Assembly (NCBI RefSeq): GCF_009914755.1
Contig: NC_060947.1
Strand: one strand, 5' to 3'
DNA length: 64,000 nucleotides
Source: the human T2T-CHM13v2.0 reference genome, Homo sapiens
This document shows positions 60,072 to 64,000 of the stretch, one piece after another. Made by a program: the position numbers and the translations under genes. Numbering within the stretch: position 1 is the first letter of the stretch; every line of letters begins with the position of its first letter. Under the pieces are notes generated by a model. It was not told where the DNA came from, made no database searches, and saw only the letters and a list, made by a program, of their open reading frames with translations.

Positions 60072-63000
60072 GCTGAAGTCAGGTAATGTGATTCCTCAAG
60101 CTTTCTTCTTTTTGGTTAAGATAGCTTTTGCTATTCTGGTATATTTTGTGGTATATATATGGATTTTTTTCCCTATTGCTGCTAAGTCATTGGTATTTTG
60201 ATAAGAGATTGCATTAAATCTGTAGATTTATTTGGGTAGTATGGATATTTTAACAATATCAGTTCTTCCCATTCATGAACATGGAATGTTTTTCCATTTC
60301 TTTGTGTCTTCTTCAATTTTTTTGCATCAATGCTTTATATTTTTTATTGTAGAAATCTTTCACGTCTTTGATTTAGTTAACTGCTATGTATTTAATTGCA
60401 TTTGTAGCTATTGCAAATGGGATTAGTTTTGTGATTCCCTTTTCAGATTGTTTGCTTTTGGCATATAGAAATGGTACTGATTTCTGATGTTGATTTTGTA
60501 TCATGCAAATTTACTGAATCCATTTGTAATTTTTAATAGTTTTTGATGGAATCATTAGGGTTTTTTAAAAATATATAAGATCATGTCATCTGCAAATAAG
60601 TATAATTTTAATTCATACTTTTCAATTTAAATGCCCTTAATTTCTTTCTCTTGTCTGATTGCTCCAGCTAGTACTATGTTGAATAACAGTGGAAAAAGTG
60701 GGCATCCTTGTCCATTCAAGATCTCAGAAGAAAAGGTTTTCAATTTCTTCCCATTAAGTATAAAACTAGCTGTGGATTTATCATATATGGCTTTTCAAAT
60801 GTTGTGGTATGTTCCAAGTTTTCTGAGCGTTTTTATTGTGAAGGGATGTTGAATTATTTCAAATGCTTTCTCAGCATCAATTGAAATAATCACACAGTGT
60901 TTGCCCTTCATTCTGTTGATATGTTGTATTACATTAATTCATTTGCATATATTGAACCATCCTTGCATCACTGGGATAAATATCACTTGGTCATGATGAA
61001 TGATATTTTCTATCCATTATTGAAATGGTTTGCTATTGAATTTGGTTTGCTAGAATTTGTTGAGAATTTTTATATCAATATTCATTAGTTATATTAACCC
61101 ATAGTTTTCTTTTTATGATCTGTCTCAGTCTGATTTTCTCATTAGGGTAATATTGGCCTTGTAGAATAAATTTAGAAGTATTCCCTACTCCTCTATTTCT
61201 CAGAATAGTTTGAGTGGAATTGGTATTATTTATTCATTAAGTGTTTGGTAGAATTCAGCAGGGAAGCCAATGGGTCCCGGGTTTTCTTAACTTGGAGAAT
61301 TTTTATTATGGTTTTCATCCCATTAGTTAGTATGTGTCTTTTCAGGATTTGGATTTCTTCATAATTTAATCCTGGTAGGTTGTATGTGTCTAGAAATTTA
61401 CCCATTTTTTTCTAGAGTCTCCAATTTATTTGCATGTAGTTACTCATAGTAACCAATAATAATATTTTGAATTTCTATTTTATTGGTTGCAATATCTATG
61501 TTTTCACCTCTTATTTAATTTATTTCAGGCTTCTCTCTGTTTTCTTAGTCTGGCTAATAATGTTTTGTCAATTTTGTTTATCTTTCTGAAAAACAAACTT
61601 TTTGTTTCATTGACCATTTTTATTGCTTTCTTCATTTTAATTTAATTTATTTATGCTATGATCTTTATTATTTAGTTTCTTCTACAAATGTTGGGTCTAG
61701 TTTGCTCCTACTTTTCTGGTTAAGATGAATCATTTCATTGTTTATTTGAAGTTTTTCTTCTCTCCTGATATAGGCTTATAGCTGTAAACTTCCCTCTTAA
61801 TACTTTTTTTTTTGCCTTATCCCGTATGTTTTGTCATGTTGCATTTCTGTTATCAGCTGTTTCAAGAATTTTTAAAATTTTCTTCTTAATTTCTTTATTT
61901 ACCCACTGATCATTCAGGAGCATATTGTTTAATTTCCATGTGATTTTATAGTTTCTAAAATTCCTCTTGTTATGGATTTCTTGTTTTATTCCATTGTAGT
62001 CAGAGAAGATGTTTGATATTATTTCAATTTTTGAATATTTTAAGATTTGTTTGGTGACCTAATATCTGGTCTATTTTTGAGAATGACCCATGTTCTCAGG
62101 AGTAAAATATACATTCTATAGCAGTTGGATAAAATGTTCTGTAAATATCTATTAGGTTTATTTGGTTTATAGAGCAGATTAAGTCTGATGTTTTCTTGTT
62201 AAGTTCCTGTGTGGAAGTTCTCCCCAATGCTGAAATTGGGTTCTTAAAATGTCTAGCTATTATTGTATTATGGTCTGTTTCTCTCTTCAGCTACAATAAT
62301 TGCTTTATATGTGTAGGTGCTCCAGTGTGGGGTGCATATATATTTACAATTGTTAAATGCTCTTGCCTAATGGACCCTGCCGAGACCAGCTCAGTCTTGG
62401 AGACCCTAATCCAGTGGTGCTAGAGGAATTAAACACACACACAGAAATATAAAGCGTGGAGTGGGAAATCAGGGGACTCACAGCCTTCAGAGATGACAGC
62501 CCTGAACAGAGATTTACCCACATATTTATTGACATCAAGCCAGTGATGAGCATTGTTTCTACAGATTATAGATTAACTAAAAGTATTCCTTACAGGAAAC
62601 AAAGGAATGGGCTGAAACAAAGGGATGGGCTCTAGCTAGTTATCTGCAGCAGGAACATGTCCTTAAGGCACAGATCGCTCATGCCATTGTTTGTGGTTTA
62701 GGAACGCCTTTAAGCGATTTTCCACACTGGGTGGGCCAGGTGTTCCTTGCCCTCATTCCAGTAAACCCACAACCTTCAGTGTGGGCATCATGGCCATCAT
62801 GAACATGTCACAGTGCTACAGAGATTTTGTTTATAGCCAGGTTCGGGGACAGTTTATGGCCAGATTTGGGGGCCTGTTCCCAACAGGCCCCTTTATCATT
62901 ATATAGTAACCTTCTTCGTCACTTCTTACAGTTATTTTTTTCTTTGAATCTATTATGTCTTTTGTAATTATAACTACTACTGCTGCTCTTTTTGGTTTCC

Positions 63001-63738
63001 ATTGACATGGAATATCTTTGTCCATCCCTTTGTTTTCAGTCTATGTGTGGCTTTGTAGGTGATATGCATTTCCTGTAGGCAACAGATCATTGGGTCTTTT
63101 TCTTTATCCATCTAATCACTCTATGTGTTTTGATTGGAGAGTTTAGTCCATTTACATTCAATATTATTATTGATAAGTACAGACTTACACCCAACATTTT
63201 ATTATTTGTTTTCTGGTTGTTTCGTGGTCTACTCTTCCTTCTTTCTTTCCTTATTTTTTCTTTTAGTAAAGATTATTCTCTGTAGTGGTATATTTTAATT
63301 ACTTTCCTTTTATTTTTTGTGTATTTTTTGAATGTTTTTTGATTTGAGGTTGAAATGAGGCTTACAAATACTATTGAATAGCCCATCATTTTAAACTGAT
63401 TGCATAAACAAACAAATAAACAAAGAGAAATCTAATAAAGTCCGTATATTTTAATTCCATTCCCCCAGGTTTTTATTTGTTGTTGTTTCTATTTGTATCT
63501 TATTGTACAGTTTATGTCTTGAAAAGTTGTTGTATTTATTATTCTTGATTCATTTATCTTTTAGTCTTTCTACTTAAGATGAGTAGTTTATACATCCCAA
63601 GCATAGTGTCATGATAATCTGTGTTTTTCTCTGTCCTTACTATTTTCAGTAAGTTTTGGAACTTCAAATGTTTTCTTGTCGTTCACTAACAATCTTTCCT
63701 TTCAGATTGAATATCTCCCATTAGAATTTCTTGTAGAG
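60072..63738 (-). mobile_element. L1MA-type ORF2/inter-ORF fragment
   Basis: Antisense ORF2 (gaagtcaggtaatgtgattcc ... tttcctgtaggcaacagat) continuing across the MER9 LTR. Confidence 0.85.
62378..62885 (-). mobile_element. MER9 (HERVK9/HML-3) solo LTR
   Basis: The minus strand reads TGTTGGGAACAGGCCCCCAAATCTGGCC...CTGGTCTCGGCA; 6-bp TSD ggaccc/ggcccc. Confidence 0.93.

Positions 63739-64000
<262 letters not shown>

Overview
This is hominid (human/great-ape-type) genomic DNA: AT-rich and dominated by interspersed repeats, including AluY and L1PA2. I found no intact protein-coding gene; the recognisable ORFs are L1, Alu, Tigger1 or ERV fragments. Main elements: a full-length L1PA7-like element with 16-bp TSDs; a Tigger1 carrying a nested Alu and L1; a complete THE1D-type MaLR; and a ~22-kb nested ERV/L1 cluster. 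That cluster contains a MER87/MER4-group element hosting an L1PA3, a two-LTR MER50/HERV-FRD provirus with a syncytin-2-like env remnant, a TSD-flanked polyadenylated orphan insert and an L1MA; the L1MA is joined by a deletion to a HERV-L/MLT2A 3' half. A twin-primed L1PA2 and a MER9 solo LTR lie further right. The non-repeat islands between ~0.1 and ~54 kb carry minus-strand exon-like segments. Their translations line up, in order, with motifs of DUF4062/NACHT (NWD1/NWD2/TTC41-type) proteins. This suggests a decayed multi-exon pseudogene; it is a hypothesis that needs a homology search. Subfamily names come from recalled consensus sequences, not from a RepeatMasker run.
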